From the NCBI GenBank assembly GCA_963847445.1, contig CAWJZV010000048.1:1-64000 (forward strand): 64,000 nucleotides of DNA, in the 5' to 3' direction. The stretch is from an uncultured delta proteobacterium (GTDB lineage: Bacteria; Desulfobacterota; Binatia; UBA9968). Below are positions 1-10,351 of this stretch, in pieces (the first letter of the stretch is position 1; each line of letters begins with the position of its first letter). Both the position numbers and the translations under genes were made by a program. Below the pieces are notes generated by a model that saw nothing but the letters and a program-made list of their open reading frames with translations, was not told where the DNA came from and ran no database searches.

Positions 1-533
1 ACGCGCCGGGTCTTGTGATAGGGCGGCATTTCCGCCTGGGCCATGCTGATATCCTGCGGCACTTCGATGATCACCGGTCCCGGCCTGCCGGAACGCGCCA
101 GCGTAAAGGCGCGGCGAAACACTTCGGGAATTCTTTCCGCCGACGGCACGCTGAACGTCCACTTCGCCATCGTCTGAAAGGTGTCGAGGTAAGGCACTTC
201 CTGCAGCATGCCTTTGGCCAATTGGTGGCGCGAACTATGGCCGAAGATCACCACCAGCGGCACGCAGTCGGTGAACGCATTGACGATGGCGGTAAAGGCA
301 TTGCAGCGTCCCGGCCCCTTGGTCACCATCGCCACGCCGACCTCGCCGGTGCTGCGCGCGTAGCCGTCGGCGATGTAGACCGTCGCCTGTTCATGGCGTG
401 TCAGGATCAACGGCACCCGGCCATTTTCATGGAGCGCGTCGAAGATCGGCAAGATGTCGTCCCCCGGCAATGTGGAGACGAACTTCACGCCTTCGGTTTT
501 GAGAATATCGACCAGTGCATCGGCAGCGCGCAT
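1..533 (-). CDS. Thiamine-diphosphate-dependent enzyme, acetolactate synthase large subunit-like (runs off the window start)
   Basis: Manual translation MRAADALVDILKTEGV...RHEQATVYIADGYARSTGEVGVAMVTKGPG...ARSGRPGPV, the N-terminal motifs of the TPP enzyme family. Confidence 0.85.
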   Translation of the reverse strand, partial: MRAADALVDILKTEGVKFVSTLPGDDILPIFDALHENGRVPLILTRHEQATVYIADGYARSTGEVGVAMVTKGPGRCNAFTAIVNAFTDCVPLVVIFGHSSRHQLAKGMLQEVPYLDTFQTMAKWTFSVPSAERIPEVFRRAFTLARSGRPGPVIIEVPQDISMAQAEMPPYHKTRR

Positions 534-545
534 ATTTTGTTCTTT

Positions 546-1550
546 CTATTTGCTGGCAAATTTTTTGAAGAAGCCCTCTTCTTCGAGCTTGCGAACGAAC
601 CGCATATCGACGAAGTCGGCGGGATTTTTGTTGATTAAATTGGGCTGGCGCTCGGCGTAGTGGTCGAGCACGAAGCGAATCGCCTTCGAGGGACGGCGGC
701 AGGTTTTGGTTCAACAGTTGGCCGACGGTGCGCTGCGCTTCGACCAACGCCGGATCGTCCTTGGCGACGCGCATATACTTGGCCACCACCGGCACGGTCA
801 GCTCGGGGCGGGTCTTGTACAGATAGATCGCTTCGCACGTCGCGCGCAAAATATTGAGAATCACCTCGGGGTTGGCGTCGATGAAACGGCGCGTGCTGAC
901 CACCGATATCACCGGGAACGGAAAGTCGAGACTGGCGAGATCGAAGATTTCACGATGGCCCTGTTTCGCCGCCATGGTCGATGTCGGCGGCGTCAGCACG
1001 CCGGCTGAAATTTACCTTGGAGCAATCCGGCCAAAACTTCCGGCGATCCGCCCGCCGGGGTCACGCCGACATCGCGATTGGCCACCCAGCCGAATTGCTT
1101 GAGAAATACCAAAGCGGCGAAATAACTATTGCCGCCGACGGCGCCGGCGGCAATGATTTTGCCCTTAAGATCGGCAATCTGCTTGATCTGCGGACTGGCG
1201 TGAATCGCGAAGGTCAGCCGGGTAAACACGGTGCCGAGTATCGAAATCTCCGCCCCTTGCGCCGACGCCGCCACCGCTGCCGCGCCGCCGACCTGCGAAA
1301 CATCGATGGAGCCGCCGAGCATCGCCTGGATCGGCCGCGAACCACCGACATAGACTAGCTCGGTCTCATAGCCGCCGTATTTCTCGAACAGTTTTAGTTC
1401 ATGGGCGATCCAGAACGGCGGATTGGCGTAGGCGAAGGCGCTAAAGGCGAGGCGCAGCTTCTTTGGCTGCGCGGCTTCGAGGCGCTGCGCAATGACAACC
1501 GGCGCGCAAACCAGCATCGCGAGAAGGATGCGAGTAACGATTCGTTTCAT
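546..1550 (-). CDS. ABC-type substrate-binding protein, SsuA/NMT1/THI5-like (frameshifted)
   Basis: ORFs 993..1592 and 427..999 join; signal peptide, PFWIAHELKLFEKYG, DLKGK, C-terminal FVRKLEEEGFF. Confidence 0.8.
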
Positions 1551-1705
1551 TGAATGCACCGCTCGGATGAACAGCCTGAGACATATTGGCAAACGATTCG
1601 GCAGTCAAGGCGATTGCAACTTCGACATTCTCGCAACCGGCGAACTGTGATGTCATCCGAGGCAGCCGAGTGAATTTGCAAAGTATCGCTAAGATGTCTG
1701 ACTTT

Positions 1706-1785
1706 CGTCACTCCCGCGAAAGCGGGAATCCGGATCGTCCGCGCTAGTTCAGAATCGCCTGGATTCCCGCGGCGCGGGAATGACG
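1706..1785. repeat. REP-like inverted dimer (CGTCAYTCCCGCG..GCGGGAATCC family)
   Basis: cgtcactcccgcgaaagcgggaatcc at 1706 and ggattcccgcggcgcgggaatgacg at 1761 in opposite orientation. Confidence 0.75.
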
Positions 1786-1813
1786 GAACTGCTCCTGTCG
1801 CAAGCAAGGAATT

Positions 1814-2708
1814 TCAACCATCCGCAATGGGTAATGAGAATTCGGCATGAGAGATTCTAAGCAGCGATTTTTTCGCCAGCACGTCCCGCGCCCTAACCGC
1901 GACCTCGGCGATCAACGAGCCCATCTTCGGATGCACCGGCTCGATGTCGGGCTCGATGCCAAACTGGCGCAGGACCTGAGTGCACACCGGGCCGACCGAG
2001 CCAATGACGATCTTGTTAAAACCCTGGCGCAAAGCATCGGTGGCTTTATCGAAGCCGGCAATCTGAAAAACATGATCGACCTGGGCGCCGTTGGTAAATA
2101 GCGCCACATCGGCGTCGCCGTGAACAATCTTCACAATGGCGTCGCGCAGCGGCGCCAGATCCTCGGGCAATGCCCAGCGATAGATGGGAATCGCGGTGAC
2201 GATGGCGCCGCGCTGTTCCAATGCGGCGATAAGCTCGGGATTGGCGATGCCGTATTCTTGAATCGCGATGCGCTTGCCGCGCACCTCGACAGCGGTGTCC
2301 AGGGTCGAGAGAATTTCGCGCCAGGTGTTGGGTTCCGGCACGGTTACCGCCGCTTGCAGTGCCAATTCCTTTAACGCGGCGACCGGCTTGGGGCCGCGCG
2401 CGACTAATTGGACCTTCTTCAATGCGGCGAGAATTCTTTCTTGGGCAAACTGTGTGAGTAAGAATCTCATTGAGCGTCCTGGTGCCGACACCGGTCATGA
2501 GGATAAGCATCTCGAACCCGCCCGCTTCGATCTGCGGCACGAGTTCGAGCGCCGCGCGGTTTTCGCTGAGCGGCACCTCGCGCATGGACGGCGCGACCAG
2601 CGGCGCGCCATCGTAACGGCGGATCAGTTCCGCCATCTCTTTGGCGCGCCGGCTCTCGAAGCAGACGACTGTGAGCCCCTGGAGACTCCCGCGGCTAGGC
2701 GATTCCAT
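1814..2708 (-). CDS. hemD: Uroporphyrinogen-III synthase (frameshift near 2470)
   Basis: FESRRAKEM, TGVG, ARGPKP, IYRWALP, FTNGAQV, SVGPVC motifs; lies in the siroheme cluster. Confidence 0.85.
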
Positions 2709-2725
2709 AGAAAGTTTATTCCAGC

Positions 2726-3355
2726 TTACGCTTCTACGCCCAATTCGCGCAGCAACAGCGCCTTGGCGCGCGCGACATCGCCGCGCATCAGCAGTTGGCG
2801 CACATCGCCGCTCAAGGCGCGCCGCCAGGTTTCGAAGGGCACGCTCACGCCGCGCCCATGCAGCTCGGCGCGCGCCTCCGCGGCTAGTTTTGCCAGCAAT
2901 GTATATTCATCGGTGAAGTAAAGCTCGAGTTCTTCGCGGATGGTGCGCGACAGCGCCGGGCTGGTGCCGCCGCTCGACACCGCGATACTGAGAGCGCCGC
3001 GGCGCAAAACCGACGGCAAAATGAAATCACAATGTTCCGGATCGTCCACCGCGTTCACCCACACGCCCAACCGCCGGCCGTCGCTGAACACCTGCGCATT
3101 CACTGCGCCGTCATCGGTGGCGACAAAGACGATTTCATGTTCGGTTAGATCGCTGGCCTGGTAGCGGCGGGCGATTAGCTCGATCGCATGATCTTTCGCC
3201 CAGTGCGCGATGGTATCGGTGATCGCCGGACTGACGACAGTCAGTTTGGCACCGGCCTCAAGCAGGCCGGCGATCTTGCGCTCGGCCACCGCCCCGCCGC
3301 CGATCACCAGACAGCGCCGTTCGTTCATGTTCAGATAGATGGGATAATAGTTCAT
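2726..3355 (-). CDS. Precorrin-2 dehydrogenase/sirohydrochlorin ferrochelatase (SirC/CysG N-terminal type)
   Basis: YYPIYL, GGGAVAERK, VNAVDDPEHCDF, AVSSGGTSPALSR. Confidence 0.9.
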   Translation of the reverse strand: MNYYPIYLNMNERRCLVIGGGAVAERKIAGLLEAGAKLTVVSPAITDTIAHWAKDHAIELIARRYQASDLTEHEIVFVATDDGAVNAQVFSDGRRLGVWVNAVDDPEHCDFILPSVLRRGALSIAVSSGGTSPALSRTIREELELYFTDEYTLLAKLAAEARAELHGRGVSVPFETWRRALSGDVRQLLMRGDVARAKALLLRELGVEA

Positions 3356-3536
3356 CGGCGTTTCCACTCGGTGTTAGAAGTATCGCTGGTTGCGAATCTA
3401 ACCCGTGATGGCTATCCCAGACAAACGGTTGGTCGCCGAAATAATCCATTCCCTGGGCCCAGTCCATGAGTTCCTCGGTCGCCAATCGTTCGAGATCGCC
3501 GCCCCACTCTCCGGCTTCTGCAAATTCACGCGCCAT
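3352..3536 (-). CDS. Possible small acidic hypothetical protein; 3' end uncertain
   Basis: ATG 2 nt after the cobA stop; MAREFAEAGEWGGDLERLATEELMDW fills the gap in an otherwise tight operon. Confidence 0.3.
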
Positions 3537-3538
3537 AT

Positions 3539-4360
3539 TCACGCACCTCGCGACGCCGTTAACGAATCGTTGGAAACCGTCAGCCGATCTAGATCCGCCG
3601 GCGCCGCATCGTTGAGCGAATTTGGCAGGAACCAATCGAGCGTACTTTTCAAGCGAACCACGTCACCGACCACGATCAGCGCCGGCGCTTTGATGGCAAA
3701 CGAACGTTCGACGATATCCGCCAGCGTGCCGGTCACGGTCGTTTGTTGCTGCGTCGTTCCCTGGCGAATCACCGCCACCGGCGTATTCGGCGAACGGCCA
3801 TGGGCCAGCAGCTTGGCGACGATCGCCGGCAGATTGTGCAACCCCATCAAGATCACCAAAGTGTCCACCGCCGTCGCCAGCTTCGCCCAGTCGACGGAAG
3901 ATTTAGCCTTGATCGCTTCATGGCCGGTGACCACGGCGAACGACGAAGCATAGTCGCGGTGCGTCAGCGGAATGCCGGCGTAGGCAGGAACCGCGACCGC
4001 CGAACTCACGCCGGGAACGATTTCGAAGGGAACACCGGCGTCGGCCAGCGCTTCGGCTTCCTCGCCGCCGCGGCCAAAGACAAACGGATCGCCGCCCTTC
4101 AAGCGCACGACTTCATGACCGCGCCCGGCGTAAGCGATCAAAACCTCGTTGATCTCCGACTGAGCGATACAATGGTGACCGGCCTTCTTGCCGACAAATA
4201 TTCGCTCAGCGTCGACTGACAGCTCATCGAGCAGCACCGGATTGACCAGTTGATCGTAAACCACGACTTGCGCACTGCGGAGCAATTGCAAACCGCGCAC
4301 GGTCATCAACCCCGGATCACCCGGCCCCGCGCCGACGAGATAAACTTTGCCTGGTTTCAT
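3539..4360 (-). CDS. cobA: Uroporphyrinogen-III C-methyltransferase
   Basis: [44 protein letters not shown]. Confidence 0.95.
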   Translation of the reverse strand: MKPGKVYLVGAGPGDPGLMTVRGLQLLRSAQVVVYDQLVNPVLLDELSVDAERIFVGKKAGHHCIAQSEINEVLIAYAGRGHEVVRLKGGDPFVFGRGGEEAEALADAGVPFEIVPGVSSAVAVPAYAGIPLTHRDYASSFAVVTGHEAIKAKSSVDWAKLATAVDTLVILMGLHNLPAIVAKLLAHGRSPNTPVAVIRQGTTQQQTTVTGTLADIVERSFAIKAPALIVVGDVVRLKSTLDWFLPNSLNDAAPADLDRLTVSNDSLTASRGA

Positions 4361-4382
4361 AAATCGATTCCCTATTAAGCCT

Positions 4383-5121
4383 TCAGGCGCCTTCAGTATG
4401 CAGCCCGCATTCTTTGCGTATCAGGATTTTCCCACCACCAGCGCCCGGCGCGCAGATCTTCGCCCGGCTGCACCGCTCTCGTGCAAGGCGCGCAGCCGAT
4501 ACTCGGATAGCCGCGCGTGTGCAAACGGTTAAACGGAACATTCTGCTCGCGAATGTAAGACCACACCTCGTCGTGACTCCAATCCGCCAGCGGGTTGATC
4601 TTAACGATACCGTCGTGCCCCCGGTCCACCTCAACCTTAGGCACGGCGCTGCGGGTCACCGCCTGTTCCCGGCGCAGGCCGGTCATCCAAGCATTGAGAC
4701 CGTTGAGGGCGCGCTTGAGCGGCGCGACTTTGCGAACCGCACAGCAAAGCTTGCGATCTTCCACCGAGTTGTAAAACAGGTTCAACCCTTTGGCCCGCAC
4801 CATGGCTTGCACTTCAAGGGCGTCAGGAAAGTAGACTTCGACGCCGACGCCGTAGCGCGCCCGGATCGCGTCCATGCAATCGTAGGTCTCCTGATTAAGC
4901 CGCCCGGTGTCCAGAGTGAAAATACGGAAATCGCTGCCGCGCAACCGGTGTATCATATCGATCAGCACCGACCCCTCGGCCTGGAATGAACAGGCCAGCG
5001 CAATGTGCGGCGAAAACGTCTCGAGCGCCCAGCGCAAAACCGTTTCAGCCGGGGCTTGCTCTAGATCCGGGGTTATTTCTGTGGCGGCTAATTCAATGGC
5101 GTTCGTCGTTGTCATAATCAT
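4383..5121 (-). CDS. cysH: Adenylyl-sulfate/phosphoadenylyl-sulfate reductase (C-terminal frameshift)
   Basis: LDTGRL, CCAVRKV, YPSIGCAPCT, RAGRWWWE and ECGLH in the shifted frame; CC plus CxxC indicate the Fe-S APS-reductase type. Confidence 0.92.
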
Positions 5122-5128
5122 CCATGAT

Positions 5129-5704
5129 CTAGTTTGCGGGCAAATTCTCCCATGCCTTTTGCACATCAACGGCAACGGAACTCTTCACGTGCAGATTCAA
5201 TTGCCGGCGCGAATCGCCGTCGCGCTCCACGCTCACCGTGGCGCCGCCGAATAATTCCTTGGCCACTGCTTCGACATCGCCTTTGAGCGCGTCGAACGCC
5301 GCTGGCGAATTCTCGCCCACCAGCCGGTCGTTGACCGACACCACCGCTTCGTTGGCGGCAAAGTGCAATTTGCCGCGCAGCGCCGGTTCCGCTTCGAGTT
5401 TGCGGCAGTTGTCCAGGGCGGCGCGAATCACCGCACTGAGCTTCTCCTGATTGGACCCGGCGAGGGGCGCTTTTTGGCTAAACAGCAATCCACGGCGAGC
5501 GCCGCTTTCGTCGATGCTGACGTTGGCGTGATTGGCGATGAGAACGATCCCAGGCCCGGCCTGCATGTGGCTGTAATCGGCAACGTCGTGGTAAACCCCA
5601 TCGGTGGCTTGAATCCACGAGTGAAAGATCTCGATGAAATCGGTCAGCGCAATGGCATTTGGCTGCTCGACGAAGAACTTCACGTTTATTTTTTGCAGTT
5701 CCAT
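5129..5704 (-). CDS. Conserved hypothetical protein in the sulfate-assimilation cluster
   Basis: Intact 191-aa ORF with GGAG RBS; FHSWIQ, DVADYSHM, GPGIVL motifs. Confidence 0.7.
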   Translation of the reverse strand: MELQKINVKFFVEQPNAIALTDFIEIFHSWIQATDGVYHDVADYSHMQAGPGIVLIANHANVSIDESGARRGLLFSQKAPLAGSNQEKLSAVIRAALDNCRKLEAEPALRGKLHFAANEAVVSVNDRLVGENSPAAFDALKGDVEAVAKELFGGATVSVERDGDSRRQLNLHVKSSVAVDVQKAWENLPAN

Positions 5705-5730
5705 ATTCACTCCAGATCGTCGCTGCGAAC

Positions 5731-8170
5731 TCAATTCGCAGCCGATGCAGATGCGAAGAAAATCCCCCTTGATCCCCCTTTTTCAAAGGGGGAAACAAGT
5801 CCGCGAGTTCCCCTCTTTGGAAAAGAGGGGTTAGGGGAGATTTTCTTACTAGCCAACTTGCGCCCAATATGCATCACGCCCCCGGCTGCGCCGCCGGTCG
5901 CGATCGCCGGTGCGCCGGCAATACCGCCGCGCACCTTGTTATGACAGTCATGGGCCGCGTCGATGAACAATTGGGCTTCTTGCAATAGTTGCACGGCGCG
6001 GTCGGCGTCCGCGGTCTTGCCGGCGCCGACAAACTCCTTGGCCTTAAATAAGTACTCGGCGAACTTGCCGCCGGCGTACTTGTCCCAGAAAAGCTGCGTG
6101 TCGTAAAAACGCTGGGTAAACTCAATGACGATCTGCTCGTCGTTTTCTGAAATCGCCGGGTTTTGGTCTTTCACCAAGCCTTGCGCCGCGCGCACCATGG
6201 ACGCGTAAGCCGCCTTCACCGCATGTTGTGCGTAGCCGGCGTCCAACAACAACTGCGCTTCGAACAGCTCGCGCTCGCTGGCGGCGAGCGTGAATTCCGC
6301 CTGGCTCACCACTTCACCGGCGCACTCGCCGACGCCCATGTCCGCCAGGGTAAACTCGCGCGGATCACCCCAGTCGCTGTAAAAACTCCGATCGACATCG
6401 TGGGCGGGAATCTTGGTCAGATCTTCGAGCAGGTCTTTAACCGCCTTCTTGCCGATGCGCGCGACGAAATCTTGGAACCTTTCGTCCTTCAGCCGCTGGC
6501 GCATGTAGAATTCGGTGATCGTCAACAGCGCTTCGGGAATCCGCTTCGACGGCACGGCGCCGATGGCGACGCCGTATTCGCCGGCGTTGTCGTGAAACTT
6601 GCCGCCCAGGATCACTTGAAAGTGCGGCACCTGAAAACCCTTGACGTTGCGGTTGATGCCGTAAAAGCCGATATCGGCGATATGGTGCTGGCCGCAGGAG
6701 TTAAAGCAGCCGCTGACTTTGATGCGGAGATTTTTCACCGCTTCGTCCAGTTGCAAACTTTTTTCGCCCAAGCGCTGGCGCAGCTCCCGCGCCAGGCCGC
6801 GCGACGAGGCGATGCCGAGCTTGCAAGTGTCGGTGCCGGGGCAGGAGGTCACGTCGACGATGGTCGCCGCGTCCGCCGCGCCCAGACCGATGGCCTTGAT
6901 CGCCTGGTAAAACTCCGGCAGATCGGCTTCGCTGACCCAGCGGAACAAAATATTCTGCTCCACCGTCGTGCGCAGCGTGTCTTTGACGAAGCGCCGGGCG
7001 ATGTCGGCCAAGCGCGCGCAGTTGATCGGCGCTGGCATCGCCCAGCGGCAGCGACACCGTCGCGGCGACGTAGCCGGCTTGACGCTGCTTATAGACATTG
7101 GTCTTGTACCAGGCGTCGAAGCCTTCCGGCCGTTGATGGCCGTTGAGACTGATGCCGGCCTTGAGCGCTTCCTCGGTCGGCTTATTGACCGACGTTAAGA
7201 AATCGGTCCAGCGCGCATCGGCCGCCAATTTCTGCCGCTCTTCCGCCACCAGTTTCTTGAATTCGTCAACGCCCAGATGCGCGATTAAAAATTTAATGCG
7301 CGCGCGGGCGCGGTTACGCTTCTCACCGAGCCGGGCGAACACCCGCGAGATCGCCTGCATGGTCGGCAGCAGCTCTTCCTCGGGCAAAAATTCGTCGAAC
7401 AGTTTCGCCTTGTACGGCACCGAGCCCAGACCGCCGCCGACATAGAAAGCAAAACCGCGCACCTGCTTGCCGTCGACAACTCTGGTTTTCGCGATGGCGC
7501 CCATGTCGTGCATGGTCACCAGGCCGCAGGGATTTTGCTCGCAGCCGGAAAAGGCGATCTTCACCTTGCGGCCGAAGTCCTGGGTGTCGGGATGACCCAT
7601 GAGAAACTTGGCGCAGGCCTTGGCGTAGGGCGTGGTGTCGAAGGTCTCTTCATGGCAGATGCCCGCCAGCGGACACGCCGTCACGTTGCGCACGACGTTG
7701 CCGCAGGCTTCCTGGGTCGTGATGCCGACGGCGGCCAGCCGGCGCATCAGTGCCGGGGTGTCGTCGATGTGAACATAGTGAAACTGAAAATCCTGGCGCG
7801 TCGTCACATGAGTGACGCCGTCGGAATACTCCTCGGAAAGATCGGCCAAAGTCTCAAACTGCTCCGGCGTCACACCGCCGAAGGGAATCTTGATGCGCAC
7901 CATGCCCGGCGCATCCCAGAGTGTCTCGGGCCCTTTGACTACATCGGCGGAGAGTTTGAGCTTCTGCACGCGCTTGCCGTCGTGGCGCTGGCCGTTGTCG
8001 TAGCGCTGGCCGTAGATGCCGCGGCGCAATCTGGTTTCCGCGAAAACTTTTTCATCGATCTTGCCCTGCTTGCGCAGCTCCATCTGCTGCTCGAAGATAT
8101 CGATCTCGCGGCCAAGCTCGGCGGGGATTTTGTCGGCAAGTTTTTCTTTCCAGGTTAGCTGCTTTTCCAT
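5731..8170 (-). CDS. Siroheme nitrite/sulfite reductase with C-terminal HEPN-like extension (frameshift near 7020)
   Basis: RLRRGIYGQR, HVTTRQD, CPGTDTC, SGCFNSCGQH; next to cysH and siroheme genes. Confidence 0.9.
5759..5844. repeat. REP-like palindromic dimer (CCCCCTTT..AAAGGGGG family)
   Basis: aaatcccccttgatccccctttttcaaaggggga and tcccctctttggaaaagaggggttaggggagattt arranged as inverted copies. Confidence 0.75.
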
Positions 8171-8224
8171 GATTCGCCTCCGGCGATTTTTATCGGCTGC
8201 GCGCCTCAGAGCTGCAATGAAAAG

Positions 8225-8250
8225 TAAGTTGATCTGTTTAGTCAGTTATT
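8225..8250 (-). promoter_or_regulatory. Putative Rrf2 (IscR/CymR-type) operator upstream of the sulfite reductase
   Basis: Minus strand ATAACTGACTAAACAGATCAACTTA resembles the AT-rich IscR-type imperfect palindrome; adjacent Rrf2 gene. Confidence 0.5.
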
Positions 8251-8275
8251 ATCGCAAAAAATTTTCGCGGCGAAT

Positions 8276-8710
8276 TCAGATGTAATACATGTAGGATTCC
8301 TGCTCCGGCTTACACAGATCGGCGAGCGTGGTATCTTCCAAGACCGACTCCATCGCCGCCACGCCTTTAGCCCAGGTCTGGATTAAACGCTCGGTGGCCA
8401 ATGCGCCGCTGCCGCCTTTTTTCCGGGCGCGCATCTCAAGGGTAGCGAACGGCCCTTCCAAGATTTCGATGACTTCTTTGACCGTAATCGTCTCCGGCGG
8501 CCGCGCCAGGATATAGCCGCCGCCGGGCCCGCGCGAGCCATGAACTAAGCGCGCGCGATTGAGCAAGACCATGATCTGACCGAGATATTCCGAAGGAATG
8601 TTTTGATCCTTGGCGATCTCCTTCACCTGGGTGGTGCGGTGGATCTTATAATTGCTCGCCAACTCGACCAAAGCGAGGAAGCCGTAATATGCTTTTGAGC
8701 CGACTTTCAT
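8276..8710 (-). CDS. Rrf2-family transcriptional regulator (CymR-like)
   Basis: YLGQIM, SRGPGGGYILARPPETITVKEVIEILEG; lacks the three Fe-S cysteines of IscR. Confidence 0.9.
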   Translation of the reverse strand: MKVGSKAYYGFLALVELASNYKIHRTTQVKEIAKDQNIPSEYLGQIMVLLNRARLVHGSRGPGGGYILARPPETITVKEVIEILEGPFATLEMRARKKGGSGALATERLIQTWAKGVAAMESVLEDTTLADLCKPEQESYMYYI

Positions 8711-8733
8711 GGTTCCAGTCCTCAGGAAAGGTT

Positions 8734-8762
8734 AAACTAAGTAATTCAGTTAACAAAGTCAA
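8734..8762 (-). promoter_or_regulatory. Sigma70-type promoter for the Rrf2 gene, overlapping a possible autoregulatory box
   Basis: TTGACT-17 bp-TAGTTT, ending about 23 bp upstream of the ATG. Confidence 0.5.
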
Positions 8763-8823
8763 GAATAGAATTAGGCAGTGATTTTGGCCGACTGCGAGGC
8801 CCCAACAGAAGCTCGGAATTATT

Positions 8824-8992
8824 TCCCGCAAAGGCGCAAAGACGCAAAGGTGCGGAAGCATCATCACCGAGTGAAAGTTCAGCGAACGATTTCTCATCTC
8901 GGTTGAAATGACTTCCCAACCTTTGCGTCTTTGCGCCTTTGCGGGAGAATATCCTGATTTCTTCTTTTGTGCCCTTTGCATTCTTTGCGGCC
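8824..8992. repeat. REP-like cluster: perfect inverted repeat of 9-bp-periodic CGCAAAG arms enclosing a GTCATTTC..GAGAAATC element, plus a third arm
   Basis: tcccgcaaaggcgcaaagacgcaaagg (8824-8850) is the exact reverse complement of 8920-8946; inner element at 8888-8912; further arm at 8968-8992. Confidence 0.85.
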
Positions 8993-9108
8993 ATTCCCTC
9001 CTCTTGCTTGGCTGTTTTTAATTTGCTTGGATCGATCGATTGCAGCTATATTCCGACCAACTGCGCGGCAAGCAATCGACGTAGAGCAAACTCTCGGAGG
9101 CTGGTGCC

Positions 9109-10134
9109 ATGAGACAAATAACCCGATTCGCATTACTCATCATCACGGTCATCTTGGCATCGAATAACAATCTCGCCGCCGCCCCCGGCGAGGCGATCAT
9201 CTCCCACGCCAGCATGAGCACTTCGTCGATCCCGCTCTGGGTCACCCAGCGGCGAAACTTTTTCGGCAAATACGGCGTCAATTCGAAAGTCGTCTGGGTG
9301 CGCGGCAATCCGGCGCAGATCGCAACGCTGGTTTCCGGCGACACCCAAATCGCTTACGGCGGCGCGACCACGGCATTGGCAGCAGCGGTGGGCGGACGCG
9401 ACATGAAGATCATCGCCAGCCTGAGCAGCCGCGAGAGTCTCGATATCGTCGCCCGGCCCAACATCAAGAGCCCAAAAGAGCTGTCCGGCAAGCGTTTCGG
9501 CGTGCAAAGTGTCGGCGGCGGTGTGTGGAAAACCGCGACGGTTTGGCTCGAACATTTCGGCATGGACGAGAAACGCGACAATATCCAGATGATCGTCATC
9601 GGCGACGTCACCGTCCTCGCGCAATCGCTCGAAGCCGGCCTCATCGATGTGACCGTCGTCCCGCCATTTCTCAGCCGCCGCTTGGCGGACAAAGGCTTCA
9701 CGGTATTGGGCCGCTGCGAGCAAACCAAACTGCCCTCGGTGGGAATGACCGTGCTCGTCGAAAGGCCATACTTGCAGCAAAACGCCGAGACCTTGCAAGG
9801 CGTCATGATGGCGCTCATCGAAGGCATGGCCTTCATCGGCCATCCGCGCAACAAACCTGTCGTGCTGGAAACCCTAACGAAGCAATTCAGAATGACCGAC
9901 AGCGCCGCCGCCGAAGGCGCCTACCAGGACGTCGCCACGTTGGTGCGTCTGGAAGAAGGCCGCAAACCCTACGTCTCCCTCGAAGGCATGCGCATCCTGC
10001 AGCGCCTCTTGGCACCGCAGAACCCCAAGATCGGCAGCATCAAAGTGGAAAATTTGATCGACTCCAGCATCATGAAACGAATCGACGACAGCGGTTTCTT
10101 TGAAAAAATGGCGGCGGAATACGGCGGGAAGTAG
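9109..10134 (+). CDS. SsuA/NMT1/THI5-like substrate-binding protein (WLEHFG subfamily)
   Basis: Signal peptide, PLWV..FFGKYG, GKRFGV, WLEHFGMD, C-terminal DDSGFF. Confidence 0.9.
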   Translation: MRQITRFALLIITVILASNNNLAAAPGEAIISHASMSTSSIPLWVTQRRNFFGKYGVNSKVVWVRGNPAQIATLVSGDTQIAYGGATTALAAAVGGRDMKIIASLSSRESLDIVARPNIKSPKELSGKRFGVQSVGGGVWKTATVWLEHFGMDEKRDNIQMIVIGDVTVLAQSLEAGLIDVTVVPPFLSRRLADKGFTVLGRCEQTKLPSVGMTVLVERPYLQQNAETLQGVMMALIEGMAFIGHPRNKPVVLETLTKQFRMTDSAAAEGAYQDVATLVRLEEGRKPYVSLEGMRILQRLLAPQNPKIGSIKVENLIDSSIMKRIDDSGFFEKMAAEYGGK

Positions 10135-10157
10135 CTTTCTAATCAACCGGGCATTTC

Positions 10158-10253
10158 GCGATCGGGGTATGAACCCCGCTCGCGACCAAAGGGGATGTTC
10201 AACCCCCTTTGGAAACCCCAGCAATTTTGTTTCCGCAGCAAGCTGCGGGGAAT
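10158..10253. repeat. Cluster of three hairpins (terminator or REP/IS200-IS605-end-like)
   Basis: gcgatcgggg..ccccgctcgc; aaagggg..cccttt; ccgcagcaagctgcgg. Confidence 0.45.
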
Positions 10254-10351
10254 ATTAGATTTCAAGCGGGATTCTACGATCTCGAAAAATCGATAATCGC
10301 CAAACTGAATAAAATTTTTCTCGGCGATGTTTCAGGAAGGGATACGCCGCT

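Noticed and set aside
8646-9133. Short ORFs across the Rrf2-SBP intergenic region, and likewise at 21251-21652 and 62956-63288
   Set aside because: Their translations are dominated by repeat-derived peptides (LCVFAPLR-like); they are better explained as non-coding repeats.
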